This document shows positions 1-13,789 of a stretch of DNA of 64,000 nucleotides, in pieces. A program made the translations under genes and the position numbers. Origin of the DNA: Blasia pusilla. Lineage: Eukaryota. The stretch is taken from NCBI GenBank assembly GCA_050084515.1, contig CM114271.1:48980001-49044000 (forward strand), written 5' to 3'. Position 1 is the stretch's first letter; each line of letters begins with the position of its first letter. The notes under the pieces are model-generated. The model did no database searches and was not told the origin of the DNA. It saw nothing but the letters and a program-made list of their open reading frames with translations.

Positions 1-249
1 AGGCAGGTCATTCTAGTGACTCACATCTAATGTGTTAGTGAACAGGTGTCACTTGTCAGTGACTCAGCACTCCTGGACGGGAATTGCATTTACTTTAGGT
101 AGGACACTTTTCCTGTTTAGGAGGAGCACAGTACAGGGGCCCTAAGTATTTAAAGAGCTACTCTGATCAGCTCTTCGCTGCAGATCACATTCCTTACAGA
201 TACGTGCTGTTCTATTGCCTTGCTTACTATTACTCTGCATTCGAAGGTC

Positions 250-1664
250 AGTCTAGAGTCATCTTTTGTCGCATTGGAAGAGTTTGAATGGTTGCTCTGA
301 AGCTTTTCACCTAGGCTGGAAACAATTTGGTGGTTACAATAATCTCCTCATTATTCCGGACTCGAAAATCCACAAAAGCGCTCGTCCGCACTGCATTCTT
401 TCAGTGGCGATGCCCTAACCAGCAAGAAGTATATTCCACGCGCAATGTGGAGGCTGTCGGGGTATAATTTTTGAAGTTAGTCAAACACCATTCCCCTGTT
501 AGTATTGCTCATAGATTTTACCAACCTGTTTCAGAAGAGCTTGTGCCGCCACTGCAGAGAGAAAAGGATGCCGATAAAGATGTTGCACTTCAAACTCAAA
601 TGAGCCAGGCTTATCGCCTGTTGCCTGTAAGAAAAACACATTCGGGACAGCCCAGTTTACAGGATTGATTCACTTCCTGGAGTAATTAGAAGCCAAACGT
701 ACCAACACCCGCACCCGGAAAAAAAATATTAACACGCACTTGCAGTTAAGAAAAATGGTATGAACAGCTTACTTCCTTAGACTCCCATGATGCAAGCTCC
801 GCATCTTGAGCTAATTTAGCGCAAGTTCTCGAAGTTTCCGCTGAACAAGTTTTCACGAGAAAGGCCTTTTCCTGCATCAAACTCCAAGTTGCAAATCAGA
901 AAATGCAGAGAGTATCTTCTCGACTCGAAACAATTCCGCTAGGCGCTCACTTTCACGTTTCCCAACTACAGTCTCAACACCGGTTGCTGTTTGTGACTCG
1001 AAAACGGTAATACGTGCCGTTAACCATAACCTTTCCCGCCATGATTACGTTGGAATTCGAGGAGACACAATACACGCGAGAATCTCTTTGAGATGCAGTT
1101 GTGCTGTATTTTCAGACATAGCTGCACCTCTTAATCACTCTCCACGCAATCCACTACTTTGAAGGGACTAACCGCAAAGAAAGGGAGACCAAAGAGAGTC
1201 GAGTCAGTGAGATGAGGCGCGTGGTACAGATACAGATATTGCTCCTGATATTTGAAGGCAATACAAGGTATAGTTGCAAATTTCTGGCGCCACTGCCGAC
1301 CACTCTTCTCAGGAGATCAAGCAACCTTACAATTTCATCACAAACTTACTCTTCAGCTCGAATTGCATGCGTGATTTATACAGACAAATTTTTCACTACT
1401 TTGGGATCGCGACGAATTTGAACTCCACAAGTAAATCCTAAACCAACTCATTACCAGAGAACTCACAAATTTGGATTTGCCTTTCAGCTTTGCCTTCGCA
1501 AGAGCGCAAGCGGATGCCACAGCCTTTTCAGAGCACAATCCTACCGATCCAACTCTGATCGCATGACACGAAACTGGAGACGCCACAGGACAACAGTCGG
1601 CTCCTCCCCCCACTGCAGACACCCTCGCGGTGGGCAACAGCGCATTACCCCCCATGCCTACCAT
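250..1664 (-). other. Possible small multi-exon gene or pseudogene of unknown function
   Basis: ORF 1353-1664 is transit-peptide-like (Ala/Ser/Cys-rich) with a GTAATG donor near 1454. Phase-compatible putative exons lie at ~1031-1085 (RFSRVLCLLEFQRNHGGK), ~773-840 (ETSRTCAKLAQDAELASWESKE) and ~525-623 (ATGDKPGSFEFEVQHLYRHPF). One expected acceptor AG was not found and no family was recognised. Confidence 0.25.
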
Positions 1665-3377
1665 TCAAGATCACGAGCTCGCTCCTCAAGGATCTCCAAC
1701 CCACAAGCTCGGAATGAATTCTCCCCTTCCCTTCTTCTCGTGTCCTCTGTTCAAGGAGCTCCTCCGTAGCCTAGGGTTTAACGAGCTCCAGAGAGGGTTT
1801 AACCTCCGGATGGCGAATACTTCGTATGAGTGACTAAGTCCTGTTCAACGTGATCGCAGATGGGAGCGATTGTGGCGGTCGATGCTGTGTGCTCCCGGGA
1901 GATGCGATCCGATGTGCCAGCAGAATCCAGGGCTCCGATATTAGTAGGCAGGGCACTGTACGGTGCGGTACACTAGGTCCTATACTGTGTCGTATAGTGT
2001 GAGTATGCGCCGAAGGAAAGCGCACTGACCGTTCAATTGAAGCGTTGCAGCGTGTCATAGTCAATTAATTGGGCTTTTCATGAAAACGGTGAAGGTTTCC
2101 TTTTCGGTTCACTCTGTGATGTTGCGGATGTGGACGTGGATGATGATTGTGAATTTTATTTTAACTGATGAGTTTCTCCATCCTCTTGTACTGTCTTCTA
2201 TTGTTGTGAGTTTGGGACGGCTGGATCGGATTGCAACTTTGGAGCCCAGGTGTCCCCGGGAACTCGGGACGAGGGATGGTGTGGCATGCTTGAGTCTCGG
2301 CTCTCATTGGTTTCTGGTGTATCGTCTAATGTTTGTCTGTACGGTATTAAATCGCTGATCTGGAATCTCTAACCTGTACAGACTTGCTGTCTTCGCGTCT
2401 TGGCTTTAGCTGTTATCCATGGTGATAGTCCAATGTTTTCCGTGGACAATTTACACACTATTCCGGAACCACGTCCCTTACTAATTTATTCTCTTTGGCC
2501 TCGCACAAGTCCGAGGGGAGGCACGGACGGGTAGGCTCTTGCACAGGTCCACGCTATTACGCAAATCAACCAAGAACTCCTATTTGAGTATCTCTGCCCG
2601 CTGATAGTTTTGGTGCTGAATGTGTAGCACTTGGATGATTCCATTAGAGACTGGTTTCACCTTCCTAGCTAGGAGACTTTCTTCCATGTAAAAGGCCTTC
2701 AAATTTGGCAGTCATGAGTAGTGAAGTGGTATGAGTGGTTTAAAAGTCGTGTTGACCCCAATCGTTATGCATACGTGGGTGCGAATGGCAGCACTACTGA
2801 GACTAACTTTCCATTTTTGTCCCGAACATTGTCTCACAACCGTGAACAGTGCAGCTCCATTCTTCTCGTCCTTTTCGATCAAGAGCTACTCAGCATTCCA
2901 TCTATTCGCGTGATCACGGGAATCTTTGCAGTGAAAAGCCTGACCAAGCTCATAGCCCGCCTATGGTAACAGGAGTCAAATCATCCTGTTCACTATGGGA
3001 AAAGCACGCGAGACATGTAGCGGTCACGCAAGACAACGACTGGCTTCAAGAATGTGCATTTTACCCTTCCATAAACCCAAAGTTGTATACAAAGACCAAG
3101 TCTCCTCTCCGAAACGGAAATCCCAGAGCTTGTTTGGTGTCTAAGAAATTCCACGTAAGAACCCCGGTGTCTTAAAGGTTGGGAAGCCTGAAAGAAGTAA
3201 AGGTCACTGGCTTGTCTTCACCACAGGATCAAACGTAAGAAGTATAAACGTACAAAGCTAAGATGATCGGGCTTTCTATGGTATATGTGGCAGATGTTCA
3301 ATGGTGCTATTTTCAGAAGTTTTGTCACAAAACAAATGGTTGTTTCTCTGCACAGGATGAGTGGGAAGTGGCTGATT

Positions 3378-5919
3378 TCAAGCCAAATACTTCTCGAGCT
3401 TGTCCACCTCCTCTACGCTACCGACGAAGAGTGGTACTCGTTGATGAACCTGTTGCACAACCCCATGGTACCAATCGGTGAGCGCCATGATTGCCAAAAA
3501 CATGAGATCGGCGAAAACACAAGCACGGCAGTCGGTGAATATCCGCTACTGAAATTGTTTCGGGAAATATCCTCAGGACGATAGTGAGCAATCATCCAAA
3601 GACGGGAAACTATACCTTCAAGAAACAAATCGATATTCTTCGCAGACCCAAGGTACGTTCACAGAGGACTGTAATACATTTCAAACCTCGGGTACTGTGC
3701 CTTTCCAACATTTTGACTGATCACAGAATTAAGGTCAGTCACAGTACTTTACCTGCTCAGGCTGAATCTCCAGAACTCTGCGGTGACCGTCTGATCCCTT
3801 GCCACCAGCTTGCTCTGCCAAATAGCTCATAGGAGCGCACTCATACAGCAATCTCAGCTTTCCATTCTTGTTCTTCTTGTCAGAGGGATAACCGTAGATG
3901 CCTCCGTACAGCATGGTTCTGTGGAAGTCCCCAACAAGACTGCCAATGTATCGAGCAGAGTAAGGCTTACCACCTTCCACGTCTTTCAGAGAGTCCATAT
4001 ATTTCTTGAGCTTGTCATCCCAAAGACCGTAGTTCCCTTCGTTGAAAGAGTAGATCTTTCCTTTTTTTGGGATCTTGATGTCCTCGTGTGTGAGTACGAA
4101 TTCACCGTAAAGGGGATCCAGCGTGAAGCCGTAGACTCCGTCGCCAACGGACAAAACCAGGATAACCGAGCTGGAGTACATACAGTATCCAGCTGACAAG
4201 AGGTTGCTCCCGGGTTGGCAAACATTTACTATACAATTTTCTTGTACCATGCCAAGCTGCATAAGAACGGACGGCAGATCAGGGCAAAGAGCTGACGGCT
4301 CAGAAATCAAATGCGCCAGAGAACGACGCTACGCAATAAATATGCAGGAACTCTCTCTAAGTATGTGGGAATGGAGCGTAAACATGGGCGTCTGAAGATC
4401 GGAGCTCAAGTTGAGAGTCTTGCTGAGACGCACTCAGAAGTCCAAAACACACAATGCTAATGTTTTGCAGGCAACAGGTCTGAAGGGTTATGAACACTAG
4501 AAGCGAGCTGAGGCTTTACCATGCAGAGGGTAGTCAGCGAGCGCTGTGGTGATAGGAGGTGCATCATCTGCAAGCTCTCACCACCACCTCACTAAGTAAC
4601 AATAGGGCTAGTGTGAAAGCTCACTCTAAAAATTCGACTACTGTGTAAAGAAACGCACAATTCTACTCAACTTCGACTCTAAGAACCAAAGTGAAACACA
4701 CTGTAATGATTGTGGAGCTGAGAAGTGAGGTTTCCCAAAGCTCGAAGTCAAAAGGCGAAAAACTCCAGCTCGCAATTCAGGTACTTTCCGAAACAAGCTT
4801 GCAATACCAGACTACAGCCTCTGATGCTCACACCACTTGATCAGAGATGCACCTCACTCCGGATTAGCACATTGTCAGCGGGACACTTAGTTTTGAAATT
4901 TGACCTGCGTCTCGTCGTCCAGATCGGCCAGACATTCCTCGGTGGGCCTGTAGATTCCAAAGATGGAGCCAGTCGACACAGCGGCGTCTATGTTGGAAGA
5001 ACCATCCAAAGGATCGAACACGACGACATAATTTCCGGAGTAGCTCTCTTCAACAGCCACCGGAGTGTCTTCTTCTTCGGAGGCGATAATGCCGGTTCTT
5101 CCACTCGAACGTAGGCAGTTGGAAAACACCTGAATTCATGAACTGAATCTATCAACCACTGCAGTCGGTAATCGACCTTACCTGGTCGGGTGTGTACACC
5201 AGCTACTACAGAAAACGACAAGGAATTCCTAGTGGAAAATGACGGACGAATAATCCTCGTCGGTACATCGACAATCGACACTAATTCGCTGCCTGAGGTA
5301 AATACGAAAATCACTCCATAGGGCAACATGGTCGCTGTACTCACATTCTGTCTTCTCTCTGCACAGGAATATCTCAAAGGTATTGGAATGGGCAAGTACC
5401 AAAGAGCCACATCAGAGAGGAGTTAGTGAGAATAACCTCATTGGAGATGACATCAAGCTTCTTTTGGTCTTCTCCCTGGACGTTCACAGCTCCCTGCACA
5501 CCGGTGAGGTTGGAGATCCCAGCTCGTTGCACCAGAGACGCAATTTGCTTGCAAGCGACTGCGATACTGTTCAGAACGATCGTCAATTCTCCATCGATCA
5601 CGCCGGCCTGCTCCTGCCTCAACAACCAGCCAGTAAACGTCTGAATTTCGTACTGGCTTTTCTTCCTCTGCTTTGGAGGCTCCACCGTCACGGCCGCTCT
5701 CGCCTCCACAGGCTCTCCCAGCCCTGCATTGCTCACCTGCACCTTCTTCGCCTGCAATCTTAGGGCCGCGCAGCCATTTCGGAACGACGACGATAATGCA
5801 TGGCACAGTGGCCTTGCAAGACTAGTACCGCTAGGCGATGATGTCGACGAATTGGACGCGGCACAACACGCCGGAGCCGTGGTAAAATTGCATAGCGCTG
5901 CTGCTGTGCTCGCAGCCAT
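3378..5919 (-). CDS. FBP (cpFBPase): Chloroplast fructose-1,6-bisphosphatase (class 1), 4 exons: 5919-5437, 5129-4905, 4256-3753, 3449-3378
   Basis: Transit peptide followed by [54 protein letters not shown] and HQRVPL. GT-AG introns join in frame. The plastid redox insertion with three Cys (EECLAD...ENCIVNVC) is present. Confidence 0.97.
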
Positions 5920-6055
5920 AGCTGTAGCTCCGCTCTTCGTTCAATCACTCTCAGGAATTCCCAAGCGAGCACTCGGTAACGAACAACATGCCAGTCTTGG
6001 GTCTCTCCCAGATACAGAGACGCGGAGCGAGAGATAGGCCACTGCTGCGAGAGGT

Positions 6056-6359
6056 GGATATTGCTCCTCAATATTCGCAATAATAGAAATTGAAGATATT
6101 GCTCGTGAATATTTTGACGAATTAAATATAAATTTAAATTCCGGATATTTTTCTTTTTCTTCTTAACGAAGAACCGAACACTTTACTCGTTCAGTCCTTG
6201 GGAAGTGAGGCACGTGGCCGTGAGAGGATATTGTACAAGGTAATTATAAAAGAAAAATTCAGAAAAAAAATCAGGATATTGTTTGTTAATGTAAAATGTA
6301 GAATGGCCACAAGCCACTCAATTGACGCTATTTGGAGACATTAAAAAAAACGACACGTG
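6056..6359 (-). promoter_or_regulatory. FBPase proximal promoter with light/clock-type motifs
   Basis: Two G-boxes CACGTG (6211-6216, 6354-6359), GCCAC motifs (~6306, ~6313) and several (G/A)GATATT motifs (AATATC(C/T) on the gene strand) within 450 bp upstream of the ATG. Confidence 0.5.
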
Positions 6360-7649
6360 GCTGCCTGGGAAAGGAAACACTTTCTATATATTATTTCATT
6401 TAAATTGGAAGCTATGCAAATACGTTTCGTCTTCATTTATTATTTTCAATCTCTCGTAATTGGAGTTAACTTGCAGTCAGTTCTTTGATTTATTTCCCAA
6501 ATAGTTTTATTTACATTAAAATGGCTTATCCTTACAGAATTTATCTTTTGGTATTTTTAACTAATCAGCCAATTATGAACCCCAAAACCATTGAGGTCTA
6601 TGATATGGAATTTAAAATTACCTTTGTATGCTTGCAATGCAAGAATTAATTCTTGAAGTGATAACTCAATTATGGAGTGGTGGACAACCCCTTTTAGGTT
6701 CCTAATATTTTTCATAATTGCCCCCTCCATACCTCTTTTCAAATGCAAGGATAAAAGAAGAGAAATTTGTTAATGTGTTGACAACTTTGTCTTTTAGTGG
6801 CATATGCACTTTAGATTAATAGTGTAGATAACATGTGTCATGTTAAATCCCTGGCGTGGCCATACATTCTTGTTGTGCTACTCTAGTACCTCACTCCCTT
6901 ACTTTGATCTTACATTAGGAGCGGGCCAAACTACATTTTAATTTCCTAATTATCTAGGGGATCTAAATAACTCACTTAAAGTTAAGTAATTGTCATAACA
7001 AACTAACAAGTTCAAATTAAAGCCCTAGTTTTCAAATACCCTATCAAATTTAAAAGATAATGTGATGGGTGGATTAAGTACCCAGCAGGGTATCCCATTG
7101 AAAAACTGTGTGAACCTAAGTTAATGTGAGATAAGTTAAATAACATGAAAAAGAGAAGTAAACATACATAAGAGAAGCAAATGTACTTTTAGGTTCATAA
7201 GTGGTCTTTTGCTTGGTGAATGCATTGAGCTCTTTAAGGTTTTCATTTATCTTTAAGGTTTTCATTTATCATTTATCATTTCAGGAGGATAATAGATGGT
7301 CAATACTTTATGATGGATACATGAATGGTAAGATATGCTTGAGACCATAATAATTCAAATCTACTATAGCTATGAGCACGTCTATCATGTGTATGCACAT
7401 TGTTATCACACATACATAACATGCAACACATACACATCACACGAAATGTATACCATCACACCAGGAGGCCACAATGAAAATAAGATGGGAGAAAAAAAAA
7501 TTTTTTTAATTTTTTTAATAAAATTTTGAAACTTTCTAACAAAAAAGTTAGAAAGTTTCAAAGGTATTTTTGTATCACGAGTTGGTTCCAATATACCCCT
7601 CTTTAGGCACACCGATCAAGCAAAAGGTGCAACCACATATCCGTGTGGT

Positions 7650-10600
7650 TGTCACAGGTGTGGTAGGCCGAGCTAGAACGTGGGATAGGGATGTAGTCTG
7701 ACAAGGTGGACGTAGTAGCTAGGTAAGAGGCCCTATGGTAGGGACAAACATAGGGAGCTTAGACATGGTGAGTCATGCATTACCAAGTAGGGGCCGATAT
7801 AGTTAGAGACCGTATGTGGTAGGTTGTCTATGTAATGCAATGACGCTACAATGTAGACAGTAGGCTACATGGTTTGCCTGAAGAGGGCAATATGCAGTAG
7901 GGGATTTGTTTCACAATTTTGCACTTCTAATCGGGTTTGTGATTTGAGCAAGATTCTTGAGCCCACTATGAGTCGACCATTGAACTCACACTCACTAGCA
8001 CTATATTGACCAGGGATGAGATGGGTTATTTGTTCCAATGGTCCGCGATAGAGTGCTAGAGGTGGTGAAACACACACCAATGCCAATGGATAGTTCGCAT
8101 TCACTAAAATAGGTTCAACTTGTTGTTTGAGGAGATTATCCTACAATGGAGGATATCCCGCCACATAGATTAGGCATTGTCAATTGTGTAGTAGAGTGAT
8201 GGTACAAGTGTGCAAATTACCTATTTGAGTCCCATTCTTGCACTTGTCTCTTGTTATTGAGGCGTTGGGTATCAAGTAGCGCTTACGTTAGATGGGTGCA
8301 AAGGTGGTATCGAGTATAGACTCTTTTCGCATGTAGAGTGTTTGTGGGTAGAGGGCGGTTTCTTCAGTAGGATTTGTGTGTATGATTTTGGAACATGAAT
8401 CATACAAAATCCACTCGGAGTAACTCTACTACTAGCAGTGCTCAAACTATCCCGTTCTTCCTCCTTCTAGAAGAATGTTATGGGATAACCTTGCCTTATA
8501 CGTTCAAGCACTAAAATTCATATAGAATCTTCCATACCACTCATTAATTCACCTATGCTAATGGTAATCCCCTGATGAAAAACCCTTCCTCTAGCTCACT
8601 CAAACACTTGGACTCACCTTAAGCCTCTTGTATTACTCAGAATGGAGTGAGATATCGAGGGGTTTCAATAGAGGAACCACCTTGAATCCCATTCATGGCT
8701 GGATCATCATCACTGGACAGTGGGTCTAGTGATGAGGTGTTAGACATATATAGTGTTATGTGGAGAGACATGGAGGACATAAGCCACGGGGGCATGCGTC
8801 ATTTTTTTGATGCAATAGGCACCATTTACCCTTGAATTGACTCAATGATTTCATCCAAGATCTTGACATATGGTGCAACTTCCACAAAATATGAGCCCCT
8901 AAGCGGTTCATCCCTTCCATGGCATAGAAGGGGTTGTTCCAACATTAGGAGGAACCTTCCATGGATGATTATTAGGGGTTCTGATCATTACATGTTATAG
9001 AGATCGATGCTTAGATGCGGAAATTAATCGTTGCTACTCATAGAGTGATAGAGGTACATGTAGTTTAGTGTTGGTATAGGGCTTGGATGGAGAATTGTGG
9101 AGAGTTCAGGATGAGATGTTGCTGCGTACAAAAAATCACATATTGAAGGTGATCTTTGAACTATCTAAGCAGATTGAGCTCAACATGAATGAGGAGCATG
9201 TCGTGACAATAGGATTCCCATAAGAGTCAAAGGGCCCATAGGTTCTAGTAGCCCCACATGTGCCCTTGTGTGCACCAATATCATGAAAGCAATTGGTGTT
9301 TTGAGAGAGAAGAGAGGATATCTTGAGCCCATGAGGCAATAACCCATAGAGGCATACGTTGGTTAGCAAGGACCATGTTTGATCTATTGGACATATGGTG
9401 GATCCTATATATCTATAAAAGGATTGCAGACAACATGGTGGAGTGCAAAGAGCAGCTTACATACCTCAAGAGCCACCTCGCATGGCAGCTCCATAATCAC
9501 AGTGTGAACATTGTCATGGATATGGGCATGCTAGAGATAGGTGTTTTGAGCTTCACCGAGAGACATGTCCAAAGGTAGGCCATGGGCTTGTGGGCGATAA
9601 AGTTGGTAGAGGTCGAAGAGTATATGGTTATGGTGGTAGAGCTCAACCACCTATCATAGAGAATGGATCGATCGGAGGGCATGTATCTAAGGCAACACTC
9701 CTCATGATTATTCACATCAATCAATTGGAGTAGAGGATTGTTGCCATATATGAAAATGCCACATCTAAGGATGGACATAGAGAAAGGGCATTTGTTGTAG
9801 CTTCAACCTCCACATTGTCTTGGGATACGGTCTCAAGTATGGAATTTATGTGTAGTGTGATACAAATAGAGGCTACTACTATAATGACGTAGGGCGCTAC
9901 GAGCTTGAGAGTTACCAAGCCACAAGGAGATGGAGTGGAGATAGATCCACAAGAGGAGATCATTGGGTGAAAGCTAAGCTAGGGTTCCTTGGTCATTCAT
10001 GTTATCAAAGACTACACACACCATTGATGGTGCCTATACACCTAGCACTACTCGTAGGTGGGATGATTATGTTGACATCATGAGGAGTTGGGTAGTTAAA
10101 TCCTATTCCATCGCAGGTGGATCTAGTGTCAGGTACTTTCATGGGGATGGCCACTATGGTGTGTCAATCTCCATTGTTTCCGTAATACACTTAGCAAAAG
10201 TAAGAATTGGACCAGCGGAGGTATTCCAATTAGCTACTACATTGTATGAGCTAGTTGTTGAGGAGGTGGTGATGGATTTGCCCTCAAAGAAGGTGCTCAT
10301 GACGTCCCACATGGATTCACGGCAAGTTATGGCAGCTAGGTTGGCGGATATGCTAGCTAGACTTGTTATAGAGCTGTGATTCCAAGTGTAGTCTTGAAGC
10401 AAAACCAAAGCAAGTTATTCTTCTTGGTTAGTCTAAGACTTACAAGTGTGATGTACGTACCACGAGGAGCATGTTCTACTTGATTTAAGTGTGTAACCCT
10501 TGATGTTAGGGAAGATAGTGTGTCTAGCATTGGGGTTACAAAAAGGAGACATTGAGCCATATCCCTTCTAGATGGAAATCTCGATTGGGGTTTTTTCACC

Positions 10601-11786
10601 CACATAGTTCATGATTTGACAACACCTAGTTGTAAGATTCAAGCCAAGGCTTGCAATAGATAGTGCTATGATGCATATTTGTGAAATTATGACACCAATA
10701 ATGTAGGATGTGTTGGTAGGGAGTATGATTCTATATCCCTTGGGTTCAATCCTTTATTTTTTGGAGAAGACTATTTCTATCAACCAAGGTGGCGATTAGG
10801 TGATGATCAGATGAGCCACTTACCTATGCGGTTTGCAAGATGTAGTAGTGGTGATGGTCCATAAGGTGATAAAAGGACAACCTTAGCAATATTCACAGGC
10901 AGTGTTGGTTGGCACTTGTAGAGGAGTTCGGATTATCCCAAGTGATTAGCGGATTATCCCATAGAGACATATGCCATGATGGGTGTCTCTTCCAATGGTG
11001 CGAAGACTACTTCATTATTATGGGGTACAAGCGTTGACTTATAAAGGAGTGCAAATGAGCTTGTGAGGCAAGTTTGGCGATGAGCCTTCATTCTAGAGAA
11101 ATCAAAGTTGGGGGATGGTTGTGCTCTTGGAGTGGAGACGTTGATGCCCTTGGATACCAAACTCGTTGTGTGGGAGTGTCTTGAGAAGGGTACGATCGAG
11201 AGTGCAAGATCAACATGGGATTTTTGTCAGTGTTACAAGCCAACATACATGTGTATTAGTACCTCTGTATCAAGAGAGATAAGATTGCATGCCACATCTC
11301 TTTACACTATGCAGCAAGATTGATCCTGTAGTATCATGAGTTGTTACTCATATCTACAATATGGATGTACAAGCATATTCTACTCGTCGATATTTTATTG
11401 GGGGCGTAAGAGCATAATTGATATGGTTTGCACCATTCATTTGGTGATTGTTGGATGGCCATTCATTAGCTAGCGAAGGATTAATATTTGGGTTGCACGA
11501 TGCAATACCAACCATGTCTTAGGACATGTTGCGAGTACTATGACACTTTCAAGAGAGCCATGCCTATTATTGTCTAGCGTATATTCTTGAGAATGTGCAA
11601 TTTTTGGGATATACTTTAGGAGTGATGATGACAAGCCTACCATATTGCTAGATGAGGCAAGAGTTGGATCACGTGCATGTATACATGTGATGATTATAGT
11701 GGTCAAACCTTGTACCATCACAGGTGTTGAGGCGAGCTTTTGATGGATTTCACAAAGAGCTGCACTTGTCATGACCATACGGTTTA
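7650..11786 (+). mobile_element. Copy A: highly degenerate DNMT-carrying Gypsy-like retrotransposon (5' repeat, gag, protease, partial DNMT); ends at the start of copy B
   Basis: Starts TGTCACAGG...TAGGCCGAG...GGATAGGG, like the start of copy C. 8640-9020 aligns by eye with gag of C (21355-21725). Remnant DNMT motifs LVIVGWP (~11441-11461) and YILENV (~11580-11597). No long ORFs; the left boundary is approximate. Confidence 0.75.
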
Positions 11787-12133
11787 TGTCGTAGAGTATA
11801 GTGTGCTAGTAGAGGCCATATCTTATGTAGGGCTGTAGTGTCTATGTAGAGATGCGGTTTCATACATAGGGTTGGGGGTTACTCAATGGAGGGTGACTTT
11901 TCCAGTAGGGCCGGCTCTTAGGTTGGAGGATATAGTGTGGAGTGCACTCAAAGAACACTTAGTTCTTTGAGTTGAGCCTGTTGCGTTGGGAGTTAGCCTT
12001 GGTAGTGAGTAGAGCTCTTGGCTATGGTGGTTCCCGCAAGCTTTGACCTGGATTCTCCCATCGTGGAGTGGGTTTGGCTTGATTTTATATGATTCTATAC
12101 GTGTTTTATGACATTAGGTCTTTCATGGATTTC
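11787..12133 (+). repeat. 5' terminal segment (alpha-type) of copy B, followed by a self-complementary PBS (12134-12146)
   Basis: TG start and hairpin at 11946-11972. 12134-12146 ACTCAAAGAACTA is the reverse complement of 11960-11972. Same layout as in copies C and D. Confidence 0.6.
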
Positions 12134-13789
12134 ACTCAAAGAACTAGAATAGATCGATGGTAGCTTCGATTGTGGATCAGTAGGATCTGGTTAGGGTTGA
12201 TTGTGTACTCAGCCGTGGATGTTCGTGGCTTGTGGCCTATGTTGGAGTTGGGAATCTGGTACGTGGTTGGTTGGGAAAGAAGCACCTTACTGAGAGCTTT
12301 CCAATGCGCTTTAGATTTCCGGATTTCGTCAAGGGAGTTGGAAGTTATCAAGGATTGAAGATTCTGGTTCGTGTTCGACGATTTTCTAATGTGGAGAGCT
12401 TGGTGTGCGGAAGCTTTGTTGAAGTTCATCCAGATCGGGTGAGAGGTTCTTGTTGCTACTTGTATTGTGATCTCATGTGAAGCTATCTGCTTGAGTGTGT
12501 GGAGCGTTGCGGATTTCTGCGTGCATGAATGTGGGCGGAAGCGCTGTCGGATTTGCGATTCTGGAGGTGTATGGATAGCAAGTTTGTCTGATTTTTAGCT
12601 CGGTTGTAGCTGATTTTTTGTGGAGAGATAGCTATGGTGGTCAATTGAATTCTGGTTTAAACAGATTCAATTTTGGTCGAGGATTTGTGGAGTAATTGCT
12701 GATCAAAATTTCTTGGATGAGCTCAAGGTCTATGGTGGACAACAGATCGGAGGGGCTGGTTGGTTGGTGACTCGTTCGTTGTTGGAGACGCCTATCCCAT
12801 TGGGGGCCCCTTGGTTGGGCCTCCCTCCATAGCAAAGCATGGCAAAGCGTGGCGAACGGGGCATGTCTCGGCGTTTTGAGGCTTCGAGGCAACTCATGGT
12901 AGCTCGGGGCGAGTGGGCGTGAGAGGCGGAGTAAGGAGCAAGGAGCAAGGAACAAGCAAGCAAGCTTGCTTGCTTGCTTGGGCGTGAGGCAATTTTTGCA
13001 CAATTTGTGATTTGAGTGTTGCATAGTTGGTCACCCATCTTTAGGCTATTCTGCTTGGAAGACACTTAACTGCTGAGTTCTTAACTATGCCAGTGTACAC
13101 ACTCGTGTAGCTCATTTGGTGCTGTTCGGAGATGTGTTAGGCGTTTTATGGTACGGTGTAGCCTCTCCATGCAGGTGATATTTTCAGGTGCTGCGAGTCC
13201 GACTGGCACGTCATTGACCCGCGGCGGAGTAGCTATTGCGTTAGAATTATATGGTGGGTTCTGTGGATTTAGGGGGCGCCACGTTTGGTGGATTGTGTTA
13301 CCTTGATTTCCATTTGCAATTGGAGAGTTGTCATTGGACTTCATGTGTTTGGATCCCCTCCATCGTTGCTTCTTGCTTGCGCGCCCATTGTTAGGATTGA
13401 CGCTAATTTCTAGAGTAGTATTACTCTTGTGTGCTACCGGTAGTGAGGCTGGAGTGATGACCAGTAGATCGTGGGAGGCTTCTTGTGGTGATGACACGTT
13501 AAGTTGCCTACACCCATAGCTAGTAGAGCTAGAATAGTACAGCGACATCGACGTCACTTGGTTACATATTGGTGGTAATTTGGTGGTGGTGCGGCATTGG
13601 CGTTGGTCATCACGGATCTGTCTGGTGGTCTGGTTGGGACCGTGGTGCGGACAGTGGTGGTTTCACACGGAGTGGATTGAGGTATCGGCTTCCTTTTCCA
13701 CTTCCGACGGTTGATGAAGAGGAGGACGAGGGTGTTCCAAACACCGAGTTTTCTACGTTGTTATTGAGTGTTGCAGCTCCATTTATTTG

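Noticed and set aside
1770-1805. Telomere-like AGGGTTT motifs
   Set aside because: Two isolated units only (at most telo-box-like), not an array.
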